Shown: positions 33,801 through 42,076 of the stretch, piece after piece
Layout: each line of letters starts with the position of its first letter
Numbering within the stretch: position 1 is the stretch's first letter
Origin: Chthonomonadales bacterium
Lineage (GTDB): Bacteria; Armatimonadota; Chthonomonadetes; Chthonomonadales; CAJBBX01
Reading direction: 5' to 3'
Length of the DNA: 64,000 nucleotides
Assembly (NCBI GenBank): GCA_037442185.1
Contig: JBBIQU010000001.1
Span: 4,062-68,061, forward strand
The notes under the pieces: generated by a model
Told to the model about the DNA's origin: nothing
The model's database searches: none
The model's input: only the letters and a program-made list of their open reading frames with translations
Translations under genes and position numbers: made by a program

Positions 33801-35333
33801 TATCTGAACCACGTCCTCGCGCGTGAGGGTCCTGCTCGTAATCGGCATGCGCTCGCCCGAACGGATGGGCAGCTCGAGCTTCTTGCTCATCTTGTAGCGA
33901 CCGACCTTGCCCAGGTCGTACCGCCTCGGATCGAAAAGGTTGCTCTGGAGAAGACTGCGCGCGGAGTCGGGGGTCACCGGGTCGCCTGGGCGCAGCTTCT
34001 TGTATATGTCAATCAGGGCGTCCTGGGAGCTGTTCACCGATCCTTCGTGTTCGATCGTCGCCTCGATGTACCGATGCACATCGTAGACCTCGATCTGGGG
34101 CACGCGATGCTTCATGATCGCCGTTGCCGCCGTCTTGTCAATCCTGTGATCTTTCCGCACGAGGACCTTGCCGGTCTTGGGATCCCGCACATCCGCGGCC
34201 AGCCGCTTGCCCAGGATCTTCAGCAGCGCCAGCGCATCGGCCGGCGCTTTCGGCGTCGCGTCAGCCGACTCGGTCTCGCCGGCAACTTCGGTTTCGGCTG
34301 TCGGCTCGCCGACCTCGACCCTGGTCTCATGCTCTTCGTGGAGGTCGTCGTATCGAATGAGAGTCACCCGCTTGCCGAACAGCCTGCCCAGCTCGCTTGT
34401 CGTGCTGCACGGCGATGCCAGCTTCAGCACGTGATCGCCGCCAAGCCGAGCCTGCAGAGCCTCCAGCGCGACCCACTCCTCTGCCGGCGCCGATTCTTCC
34501 GAGGCCTCCGAGGCGTCGAGAATAGCGGCGGAATGCAGCCGCTCAGCCTCGGCTCTGGTGTCGCAGATGCGGGCGCCTTTGGATGCGACGATTTCGCCGG
34601 TCTTGCGTTCGACGATCGCCTCCGCAAGCGTCATCGGGAGCAGGCGGTCGCGAACCGTGACGCGGTTCTCTCCCTCGCCTTCGGTGCGATAGAGCCACAG
34701 GTTCTCTCGGGCCGCGCGGATCGTCAACTGCAAGGGCTCACAGGCATGGTCGAATGCGTTCAGTGCACGCAGCAGCGTCGTCAGCGGGAACTTCCTCGCC
34801 TGGCCGATCTGGACATTCAGACAATCCTCGCGCTGCGTATCGGTTTCGATCTCGACCCACGCGCCCTCACTCGGGATGATCCTCGCCTTGTAGAGCATGC
34901 GCCCCGAGTAGCTGAGGTTCTCTTCGAAGTACACCCCGGGCGAGCGCGCCAGCTGACTCACGACCACGCGCTCGGCGCCGTTGATGATGAATGTGCCCTT
35001 GTCGGTCATCAACGGCAGGTCGCCAAGGTATACTTCGCTCTCAACCATTTCGCGGTTCGGCTGCCGGACTTCGACGCTCACGCGGATCGGCGCCTCGAAC
35101 GTCATGTCGCGGTCACGACAGTCCTCGATCGAGTACTTCGGCTCTCCGAGAGTGAAATCGTTGAGCGAAATGGACGTGTTGCCGGTAAAATCGGTGATAG
35201 GGGAAAAGCTCTGGAAAAGCTCCGGTAAACCCTCTTCAAGGAACCAACGATACGAATCGGTCTGTATCTCGATCAGATTGGGTATCTCGGCGGCATGGGG
35301 GATTCGCTTTGAGGCATGCTGAACTTCTCTCAA
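30858..35333 (-). CDS. rpoB: DNA-directed RNA polymerase subunit beta, with lineage-specific insertions
   Basis: ORF 30858..35360. I prefer the TTG at 35333, which lies 9 nt after an AGGAGG SD. Conserved blocks include [43 protein letters not shown] and [15 protein letters not shown]. At ~1490 aa it is well above typical beta lengths. Confidence 0.97.
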   Translation of the reverse strand: MREVQHASKRIPHAAEIPNLIEIQTDSYRWFLEEGLPELFQSFSPITDFTGNTSISLNDFTLGEPKYSIEDCRDRDMTFEAPIRVSVEVRQPNREMVESEVYLGDLPLMTDKGTFIINGAERVVVSQLARSPGVYFEENLSYSGRMLYKARIIPSEGAWVEIETDTQREDCLNVQIGQARKFPLTTLLRALNAFDHACEPLQLTIRAARENLWLYRTEGEGENRVTVRDRLLPMTLAEAIVERKTGEIVASKGARICDTRAEAERLHSAAILDASEASEESAPAEEWVALEALQARLGGDHVLKLASPCSTTSELGRLFGKRVTLIRYDDLHEEHETRVEVGEPTAETEVAGETESADATPKAPADALALLKILGKRLAADVRDPKTGKVLVRKDHRIDKTAATAIMKHRVPQIEVYDVHRYIEATIEHEGSVNSSQDALIDIYKKLRPGDPVTPDSARSLLQSNLFDPRRYDLGKVGRYKMSKKLELPIRSGERMPITSRTLTREDVVQILRYIINLDNGHGSTDDIDHLENKRVRSVGELLHSQLRLGFLRMEKVAKERMTSLGPDETASPSVILSVKPVSAAIKSFFGSSQLSQFMDQTNPLAELTSKRRLSALGPGGLSRQSAKLEVRDVHHSHYGRICPIETPEGPNIGLIGSMAVHARVDKYGFLQTPYRKVRRGVVTKELVWMTADEDHKYHIAPGNERVDAEGRFVDAMGNPKHEIQVRYEDQYPTVRPDRVDYMDVSPMQIVSVATAMIPFLENDDANRALMGSNMQRQAVPTLRPSRPLVKTGVEKRAARDSNAVIKAKRSGTVTRVTSREIIVQTPGGPKDRYRLINMLRSNQSTCITQRPLVSVGQRVRAGQILADGPCTDNGELALGQNVLVAFMPWGGYNYEDAILISERLVKDDTFTSVHIEKYEKEARDTKLGPEEITRDIPNVSDDMLKDLDENGIIRIGAEVRPEDILVGEVAPKGQGELTAEERLIIAIFGKKAEETRDVSLRVPHGEKGKVVDVKVFSRFKYQCERCSREFNFSKRPDTTTCDKCDGELVRITPDELNAGVNQLVRVYIAQKRKIMEGDKMAGRHGNKGVISKILPEEDMPFLPDGTPVDIVLNPLGVPSRMNIGQILETHLGLAGHHLGCSYVNPAFEGATEADIRCELGFTASHLRREALEDYVGGELGLSVPPVPDPDYNELRDRFEHLSPEDRLDQISAALSEASDVRLHAVEQCLRSLDAIELERVSRILCGPVVSEELAMIGESEDPTAAEAAADGAYETPAARVTAAPEVPADYDYARLIERIRGNAWSRAGIDPKTGKTYLRDGLTGTQFDSPVTVGYIYMMKLAHLVDDKIHARSTGPYSLVTQQPLGGKAQFGGQRFGEMEVWALEAYGSAYTLQEILTIKSDDVQGRVKTYEAIVKGDTMLEPGVPESFKILMNELQSLCLKVVVEDDSNNEIDLKDRDDDINPNEDPVNATARRRARQRLSSATFTDDE

Positions 35334-35368
35334 TGTGGGGGACCTCCTGAGCCAACGCACGAATAGGT

Positions 35369-35398
35369 ATGATACCGTAGAAGACGGTCCAGCGTCAA
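35369..35398 (-). promoter_or_regulatory. Putative sigma70-type promoter for rpoBC (TTGACG - 18 nt - TATCAT)
   Basis: The minus strand reads tcTTGACGctggaccgtcttctacggTATCATacct. The -10 box is at 35369-35374 and the -35 box at 35393-35398 (plus-strand coordinates). Confidence 0.4.
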
Positions 35399-35478
35399 GA
35401 GTGGCGCTGCGGTTTTTTGCGCCTGCTTCGTTCCCATAGCTCGCCCGGGTTCACAGCGCCACGGAAAGGTCCCAACGC

Positions 35479-36132
35479 GTGCCTGTTGAGATGGTGCTGC
35501 CGATGCTCCTGTCCGTAGCCCTCGGAGCGCTCATCGGCCTCGAAAGAGAGATTCACGGGCATCCGGCCGGACTGCGCACCCATATCCTCGTCAGTCTCGG
35601 CTCCACGGTTGCCGCACTTGTGTCAACCGAGATCAGTCGTAAGACGGGCGACCCCGGGCGCGTCGCCGCCCAGGTAGTCACCGGCATCGGCTTCCTCGGC
35701 GCAGGGGCAATCATCAGAGAAGGCGCAAGCGTCCGGGGACTGACGACGGCCGCCAGCATCTGGACGACAGCGATGATCGGCCTCGCGGCAGGCGTCTCAT
35801 CACGTACGATGCCCCTGGCCGTGGTTGCCTCCGGCATCGTGGTTATCGTCCTGTGGTGGCTGCACCACATTGAAGGCGCCATGGAAGACCGGAGCGCCAA
35901 GGCACACGTCATCGAGATTGAGACCGACGACACGCCCGCCGTCGTGCCCGACATCGTGGGATGCTTGGCCGGCTACGGCGGAACGATCCGCACGTTCGAA
36001 CTCCGCCGGAATCGAGCCGACGACCGGCGGAATCTGCGCGTATCGTTGAAGCTCGAAAGCAAGGACCGTCTCGGCGAGTTGATGTCGGCGATGGGCGAGA
36101 TTGCCGGAGTGCGCTCGGTATCGTTGCCGTAG
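35479..36132 (+). CDS. MgtC/SapB family membrane protein with C-terminal ACT-like domain
   Basis: GALIGLEREIHGHPAGLRTHILVSLGS...VVTGIGFLGAGAII...GLTTAASIWTTAMIGLAAG is the MgtC signature. GTG start. Confidence 0.85.
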   Translation: MPVEMVLPMLLSVALGALIGLEREIHGHPAGLRTHILVSLGSTVAALVSTEISRKTGDPGRVAAQVVTGIGFLGAGAIIREGASVRGLTTAASIWTTAMIGLAAGVSSRTMPLAVVASGIVVIVLWWLHHIEGAMEDRSAKAHVIEIETDDTPAVVPDIVGCLAGYGGTIRTFELRRNRADDRRNLRVSLKLESKDRLGELMSAMGEIAGVRSVSLP

Positions 36133-36151
36133 GGACGATGCGGGGCGTGCC

Positions 36152-38455
36152 TCAGCGTACTTCCACCTCGCTCAACATCGCCCATCCTCGTCCTCGCGTT
36201 ACGATGATACGCAAGGCCGTTACGGCGGCGGGCGGCCGGCACTCCAGACGGTACGCCAGTGGTCGGCACTCCCGGCCGTCCTCCGTAACCGGCGAGGCGT
36301 TTGCCGCACCCAGGCTGCGCCATTCCTTGCCGTCGTAGCCGGCCACGGTGACGCCTGAAGGAGCATAGATGCCATGCAGACCGCCGGCAAGCGTCCAGAC
36401 GGTGACTGACGATACGGGAGTCGCACCGTCCAGCTCAACCTCCAGGGTCCGCACGTCACGGTCCTGCCACCCTGTCACGAGCGCCCGATTCAGAGTGGTC
36501 GCGATCACGCCGTCGGTCAACCGCACCCCGTCGTCGGCGTAGTTGGCAGCCGTTTCGGGTGTCGGCGTCGGCAATGGACGAAGCGTATAGGTGACGCCCG
36601 GGTCTCGGCTAATATCGGCGCCGTCGGCGAAGATGCGCGCTTCGGTCAGCATGAGCCAGCCTGAAGGACGGAACGCGAGGGTGACATAGCGGGCCGGCTC
36701 GGCCTCCGGAACCATGAACGAGATGACCCCGTCCAGGTCCTGAGCCGACCGACGCCGAACCACCCGTGGCGGGTCGCCGCTGATCCATCGCAGTCCCGCC
36801 GGCATAGGCCCGGCGTGAGCGAGAGCCGGCGGCGTCTTCGACTGTGACAGCAGCAGGGCCGCTTCAGCCGGCCAGTTCACCGCGCCATACGAGCCGCCCT
36901 GGCAACTCACTTCGACGCGGCTAACCCGCCGGGGACGTTGCAGGTCGAAGCTGACGGCGACCATCGGCGACGTCCACCCGACCGACTTCCCCTCACCGAA
37001 TCCTGCCGTTGGCTCGACCCCGTCGGTGAGCTTGCCCCCTCGGTCATCGTACACCCCGTGGGGCGGATCCGACAGGGCATACCTTCGCCCGAGCGCAACG
37101 TGCGTGCGAGGAGACTCCGTCTCGAACGACTCCACCGCAATCCGCGCGGATGCCATCGGAAACGGCTCGCTCCCGTGCGAGCGGACACATATCTCTCGCA
37201 CTCGGCGGCCGATCGGTACCGTGATCACCTGACGCAGTCCCGATGTCTCATCGCGCCCTGACCGGATCGCCCAGCCGCCCGGCTCCCATGTCGAGCTCGA
37301 TGCAGATTTGACCGTGATCTCCAATGCGCCCCGCCACGCTCCGGCAGCGTCACCGTCGAGAAACACATCCAGCCGGGACACGTGCCGCTCCGGCACGATG
37401 GGAGCTTCCCAACCGCGCGACGTTCGCCTGAACCTCAGTGGCGGATCGGGGTCGCGCACCTCGCGCCCGCGCACGAAATCGGCAAGCGCGGCGTAGAGCG
37501 CTACGGCGGCGGGCGAGCGCGAGGTCGCCAGCCGTTCGACCGTATCCGTGCTCAGGAAGTACGCCATGGCGGATCGCCCGTAGCCCAGACGCTTCGGACT
37601 TCCGTCGGCAAGGTAGTGGAGGAACGCCGAGCGATCGGCCTCGCTCTCGAGCACTGACCCGGCCTCGATTTCGATCCCGAGGCCATGGCGGCGCGCCAGG
37701 TCAGCGGCGGCGGCAAGGCGGTTTCGTCGCACCGCGCCGCCGTGTGTCCACGAATGAAAGGCGTAGTTGGGCTGCAGGAAGGCAACGTCGAATCCGACCT
37801 CGCGCCACCTCTCGAACCCGGAAGCACGCCACCAGGGAATCCACGCCAGCCGTAACCCGGCCTTGTGGACAACCTCGCTCACTGTCGCAACGCGCGGCTC
37901 GTCATTCGCGGGCATCTCTTCTCGCATCCAGTAGATGCCCCAGAGGCGCAGATGGCGGAACCCCGCACTCTCGAAGCGTCGCCTTGCCTCGCCCACATAC
38001 CACTCCGCTGCCTTGCGGACGCCGCTCAGGGAAGAAAGGTCGGGAGACGATCCGTCCGGAAGGATGCCGAACGACCGCACCGACGGGTTCGGGTAGGGCA
38101 TCGTGAGGATGATCTGCCGTGGCCGTTTGGGCGGGCCGAGCGAACGTGAGGCAATCTCAACGGCCTGATCCAGCGCATGAAGGTCCCGGCCCGGCGCGAA
38201 CCAAGTGTCGAGCTGGTGTTCCCAGTCCGGCCGCGTGGTGGCGCCGTCGTCCGTCCGGACGCCGGACAACGCGGTGAAGTGAAGGAACAGAAACGCGTCG
38301 AATAGCCAGGCCCGTGATCGGCTTTCTCGGAGATCTGCTACATACGGAAGCAGGTCTTCCGAAGTGCGGGACGCCCGTTCGTACACAAGGGCGCAATGAT
38401 GGAATCCCACATGGGCCGGAGTCGGCAGATCGGCGCCGGAACCGGCGCCGATCAT
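36152..38455 (-). CDS. DUF4855-like domain protein with C-terminal discoidin/CBM-like repeats
   Basis: ORF 36152..38575. The ATG at 38455 avoids overlapping the ABC ATPase gene, but the start is uncertain. The N-terminal half (FHHCALVY...WLFDAFLFLHF...LRLWGIYWMREE...LAWIPWW...FLQPNYAF) resembles DUF4855. The C-terminal half has repeated ..LTDGV.. beta-sandwich-like blocks. Confidence 0.6.
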   Translation of the reverse strand: MIGAGSGADLPTPAHVGFHHCALVYERASRTSEDLLPYVADLRESRSRAWLFDAFLFLHFTALSGVRTDDGATTRPDWEHQLDTWFAPGRDLHALDQAVEIASRSLGPPKRPRQIILTMPYPNPSVRSFGILPDGSSPDLSSLSGVRKAAEWYVGEARRRFESAGFRHLRLWGIYWMREEMPANDEPRVATVSEVVHKAGLRLAWIPWWRASGFERWREVGFDVAFLQPNYAFHSWTHGGAVRRNRLAAAADLARRHGLGIEIEAGSVLESEADRSAFLHYLADGSPKRLGYGRSAMAYFLSTDTVERLATSRSPAAVALYAALADFVRGREVRDPDPPLRFRRTSRGWEAPIVPERHVSRLDVFLDGDAAGAWRGALEITVKSASSSTWEPGGWAIRSGRDETSGLRQVITVPIGRRVREICVRSHGSEPFPMASARIAVESFETESPRTHVALGRRYALSDPPHGVYDDRGGKLTDGVEPTAGFGEGKSVGWTSPMVAVSFDLQRPRRVSRVEVSCQGGSYGAVNWPAEAALLLSQSKTPPALAHAGPMPAGLRWISGDPPRVVRRRSAQDLDGVISFMVPEAEPARYVTLAFRPSGWLMLTEARIFADGADISRDPGVTYTLRPLPTPTPETAANYADDGVRLTDGVIATTLNRALVTGWQDRDVRTLEVELDGATPVSSVTVWTLAGGLHGIYAPSGVTVAGYDGKEWRSLGAANASPVTEDGRECRPLAYRLECRPPAAVTALRIIVTRGRGWAMLSEVEVR

Positions 38456-38525
38456 CAAGAGTGAAACGCAAGTCCCCCAACGGCCGATGACGCCGTGCGC
38501 GGGGATGCGGGCGAGCGGCAGAGCC

Positions 38526-39275
38526 CTAATGCAGGCCTTCGCCCTGTCCCTCCATCTCACCGATGCGGATATCAATGTCCTTGCGCTCCTCGATCTTGGC
38601 TATCTTGCCGTCGCGTATCCAGACGATCCGATCGGAAACGTCGAGCATCTTCAGATCGTGCGTCGCAGAGATGATGGTAACGCCTTGGTCGCGGTTGAGC
38701 CGCTTCAGAAGCTCGATGATCTCCTTGCCTGTGTTCAGGTCCAGGTTGCCCGTCGGCTCGTCGGCAAGGATGATGGACGGGTTGTTGGCGAGCGATCGAG
38801 CGATCGCGACGCGCTGCTGCTGACCGCCGGACAGCTCGGAGGGCTTGTGGTGTAGCCGCTCTCCCAATCCGACCAGGTTCAGAAGCTCGATACCCCGTTC
38901 GACGCCGTCATCCGTGCTCATTCCGGCGAACACCGTGGGCAGCGTCACGTTCTCCAGCGCTGTCATGACGGGGATGAGGTTGAACGTCTGAAAGATGTAG
39001 CCGATCGTGTGGCACCGCAGGTACGCCAGCTCCTGCGCGTCGAGCTGAGCCATATCAACGTCATTGATGAACACGCTTCCGCCGCTGGGCTTGTCGAGAC
39101 CGCCAATCGCGTTGAACAGCGTTGACTTGCCTGAGCCGGATGGGCCCATGATGGATATGTACTCGCCCTTGTAAACATCAAGGTTCACACCATTCAGGGC
39201 CTTGAGCGTCTGATCGCCCATGGTGTATTCCTTGACCAGGTCTTTGGTTCGAACGACGTACTCGTTAGCTCTCAT
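38526..39275 (-). CDS. ABC transporter ATP-binding protein, MacB/LolD-type
   Basis: Walker A GPSGSGKST, Q-loop, signature LSGGQQQRVAIARSL, Walker B ILADEPTGNLD and H-loop ATHD. Confidence 0.92.
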   Translation of the reverse strand: MRANEYVVRTKDLVKEYTMGDQTLKALNGVNLDVYKGEYISIMGPSGSGKSTLFNAIGGLDKPSGGSVFINDVDMAQLDAQELAYLRCHTIGYIFQTFNLIPVMTALENVTLPTVFAGMSTDDGVERGIELLNLVGLGERLHHKPSELSGGQQQRVAIARSLANNPSIILADEPTGNLDLNTGKEIIELLKRLNRDQGVTIISATHDLKMLDVSDRIVWIRDGKIAKIEERKDIDIRIGEMEGQGEGLH

Positions 39276-39290
39276 GTATCCGGACCCTTT

Positions 39291-40016
39291 CTATATCTCA
39301 ACGCGCAGGGCTGCCGCCGGCGGCATCTGGGCCGCTCGTATCGCAGGCAGTATGGTTGCGATGAACGTGAGAACCGTTCCGACCACCACGGACAGGCCGA
39401 GAAGCTGAACCGACGCCAGCCAGTAGGCGGCGCCGAACACCTCCAGCCCGTCCGTTATCAGCCTGATCAGCGATATGACCGCCCATCCCAGCACGAAGCC
39501 GACTACCGACGACAGGAACCCGAGGAAGCTCGCCTCGATGAAGAACAGCTTCACCACAAGGCCGTCAAGCGCCCCCAGGCACTTCATGGTGCCGATCTCT
39601 TTGTAGCGCTCCGTGACAGACATCAGCATCGCGTTGGTGATGCCAACCGTGCAGACGATGAGCGCCATGATGGATAGCCACTTCAGGCGCATCTCAGCCG
39701 CCTGCGTTTCCGCCTTGTCGGCAGAGAGCGAGTTCACCTGTCGGATGTCCTCGGGCGTGGGCTTGAGCGTCCCCGCGGCGATTGCGTCTCGCTTGGCCTC
39801 GATCACTTTCCTTTGAATCGCGCTGAACTCGCCTGACATGCGCACCGAAGTGAAGAAGGCGATGCCCAGGAAAATGCCTGCGGCGGTGATGATCGAGCGC
39901 CAGAAGCGTATCTTGATGCTCTTGAGGGCAATCTCGATGGCCTTCGTCATCGGAAGCTTGATCTGCCGGCGCATGCCGGCGCGCCCAATCTCCGCTCGGT
40001 TACTCTCAGCGCTCAT
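39291..40016 (-). CDS. FtsX-family ABC permease, minimal form (4 TM, very short extracytoplasmic segment)
   Basis: 241 aa. TM1 is RSIITAAGIFLGIAFFTSV. A ~55-aa linker follows, then the FtsX three-helix bundle with the ERYKEIGTMKCLGA motif. The start overlaps the PqqD-like stop by 4 nt. Confidence 0.8.
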   Translation of the reverse strand: MSAESNRAEIGRAGMRRQIKLPMTKAIEIALKSIKIRFWRSIITAAGIFLGIAFFTSVRMSGEFSAIQRKVIEAKRDAIAAGTLKPTPEDIRQVNSLSADKAETQAAEMRLKWLSIMALIVCTVGITNAMLMSVTERYKEIGTMKCLGALDGLVVKLFFIEASFLGFLSSVVGFVLGWAVISLIRLITDGLEVFGAAYWLASVQLLGLSVVVGTVLTFIATILPAIRAAQMPPAAALRVEI

Positions 40017-40444
40017 CGCTGTGCTCTCCCTCGACGATAGAAGCCTATGAAGCGCCGCTCGGCCAGCATCTGGAGATACCGCCCAACGGACGCCTCAACT
40101 TCCGCACGATTCATCTTATAGTGCTTGGTCATGGACCTGATGATCCCATCAACCGTGTTGCTGCCGTCGCACATCTTCCATACGAATGTACCCACTTCAT
40201 CCAGTTGCACGCGCCTTGTTTCGGGCAGATGCACGACAAAGGCAATCGCTCGGGCCAATCGGTCTTTCCTGTACGGTATGTTAAGTTCGGCCTCACCGGC
40301 AGCGTTTTCCTGCCACTCAATGGCATCATTCCGTACCGGTCTCAGGTTCATGAGCGCGCCCCGATCGCCCGTCTGGCGCGATCTCACGAACGGCAGGTAC
40401 CGCGCTGCCAGATACTGTAGTCGCTCGCTCAGTGGCACTCGCAT
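40013..40444 (-). CDS. PqqD-family (RiPP-recognition-element-like) protein
   Basis: RRVQLDEVGTFVWKMCDGSNTVDGIIRSMTKHYKMNRAEVEASVGRYLQMLAERRFIGF fits the PqqD winged-helix pattern (Ln..g..iW.l.dG..tv.eI...l...y......v..dv..fl..L...g.i). An alternative start is the ATG at 40351 (MNLRP..). Confidence 0.65.
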   Translation of the reverse strand: MRVPLSERLQYLAARYLPFVRSRQTGDRGALMNLRPVRNDAIEWQENAAGEAELNIPYRKDRLARAIAFVVHLPETRRVQLDEVGTFVWKMCDGSNTVDGIIRSMTKHYKMNRAEVEASVGRYLQMLAERRFIGFYRRGRAQR

Positions 40445-41451
40445 CTCGCAACCAGATCGGCAAGAAGGCTATTCGTGTGCGGGGGCGTCCATGTCTGCAC
40501 GGCGTATATCTTGTTGGACTCGTCGCAATCCCACGCGCAAGCCTCATAGCGCACCGCGGGCCTCAGGGACGGCAGCGCCTCCTTGTAGGCCCCGATCAGA
40601 CCCATCCACCCGCTGACGCGCCCGGTCGCCTGCGTCGCGTCGTGCCCGTTCGCCTGAACCTGAGCGTACCCGACTTGATGTCGGCCGGCTTCGGTCATCT
40701 GTCCGAGCCACTCCTGAACGGTGAACTTCCTCCGGGCCACATTCGCCAAGCCCCAGCGCTCAACGACGATCCTCCCGAGAGGCCGGTTGCCGAACTCCAG
40801 CTTCAGATAGCCCGACAGCAGCTTGTGCGATCGCAGCGCGAAGCCCTCCGGGATGCTGATCACGAGGTCGAACAGGCCCCACACAGTCCACGAGCCTTCC
40901 GGATGGTCCCTCATATCCCCGAAGATGCTCGCCGCTACGTCGGCCACCGGGTCCTTGGGCTGGCCAACTACCTGCGCGATCACGGTTCTCCGGCAGACGG
41001 AGCAGTACCATATCTTCCCCTGCCCGACACCTCCGCCGGTCCAGGAGAAATGCAACGCCGTTCGCTCGCCGCCGGCTTCCGTCGTTGGCGGCTTGACCTT
41101 GCACTCGAATGTGCGACGTTCCTTGCGGGCCCGTTTGGCGGTTTCCTTCAGATAGGTATCGAGCAGCGGCCGCAGATCGGGCTCGGCAGCGGCATGTTCC
41201 GGCAATCGGCGAACGCTGCGGTACGCTCGGACCACCAGATCCGCGACGGATCGTGGCTTCTGCGCCGAGCGATCCGCCCACTTCACCTGCAGAAACATCG
41301 TGTCGGGAGAATCGACTTTGAGGTAGCCGTTGGCGCGGTCCACCGATACGCCCGTAACATTCCAGTCTGAAGGAACCGTGAAACGCACGCCGTCCCAGCC
41401 GACGAGCGATCGCGCTTCCTGCCGATTGGTTCGTCGCGTCCTTGGTGCCAT
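40429..41451 (-). CDS. Hypothetical soluble protein (340 aa, several Cys pairs), no family recognised
   Basis: ATG start. The coding bias matches the flanking genes, and the ORF is embedded in the cluster (its 3' end overlaps the PqqD-like start by 16 nt). It contains WYCSVCRRT and a C-terminal CAWDCD...CECH. Confidence 0.6.
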   Translation of the reverse strand: MAPRTRRTNRQEARSLVGWDGVRFTVPSDWNVTGVSVDRANGYLKVDSPDTMFLQVKWADRSAQKPRSVADLVVRAYRSVRRLPEHAAAEPDLRPLLDTYLKETAKRARKERRTFECKVKPPTTEAGGERTALHFSWTGGGVGQGKIWYCSVCRRTVIAQVVGQPKDPVADVAASIFGDMRDHPEGSWTVWGLFDLVISIPEGFALRSHKLLSGYLKLEFGNRPLGRIVVERWGLANVARRKFTVQEWLGQMTEAGRHQVGYAQVQANGHDATQATGRVSGWMGLIGAYKEALPSLRPAVRYEACAWDCDESNKIYAVQTWTPPHTNSLLADLVARCECH

Positions 41452-41487
41452 TCAGTCCCATCTCATGCGCCTGCATGCGGCCTAATC

Positions 41488-42039
41488 TCACTCGTCAGTG
41501 GGTGCGTCGGGAACCAGACGGCTTCCGCCTCCGGCGTATCCGACCCAGTTGCCCCGCCGCAGCCGGCGATCTTCGCCGAACCGCGCTACGTGACGGCCCG
41601 GTCTCGGCATGTCGCTCAGCCCAGCCGACACGTTGCGCCCAACCTCGACGCAATCGAAGACGAGCGGCGTCGTATCTTCGTTCTCCAGCTTCGCCCGTTC
41701 TCGGCCGCAGCTAGCTGCTTCAGCTCCATATCCCGAGCCTCGCACGTCGCCGGCCAGCGCTGGACACCGACGGTACTTCGTCGGAACGTAAGGCTCCGAC
41801 GATGTCTCCCATGTTGTTGCCGACGGATAGCGGCCGTCGTAATCGTCGGCGTACAGGTTCCAACCGCGAACGAGCATATGGATGTTACGGCGGCATTGCA
41901 GCGATTCGTTGACCGCTTGATATGGCCTGATCGCGCGACCGGTCAGCCACGCGACAGCGGACAGCACCAGGACGATGACCGCCGCGGACATCACCGTCTT
42001 GACGATCCATCGCCGACCCGCCGGCTCCGCTGAGTCCAT
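41488..42039 (-). CDS. Single-pass membrane protein with degenerate DUF1559/H-X9-DG-like ectodomain, no prepilin leader
   Basis: The TM is IVKTVMSAAVIVLVLSAVAWL. Then C..N...L..GWNLYADDYDGRYP, CPA..sGYG, TPLVFD and RH...YAGGG align by eye with the ORF at 17368. The HX9DG spacing is lost. Confidence 0.5.
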   Translation of the reverse strand: MDSAEPAGRRWIVKTVMSAAVIVLVLSAVAWLTGRAIRPYQAVNESLQCRRNIHMLVRGWNLYADDYDGRYPSATTWETSSEPYVPTKYRRCPALAGDVRGSGYGAEAASCGRERAKLENEDTTPLVFDCVEVGRNVSAGLSDMPRPGRHVARFGEDRRLRRGNWVGYAGGGSRLVPDAPTDE

Positions 42040-42076
42040 ACTCCATCTATTGCCCCACCCGACTGGAGCGCAATTC

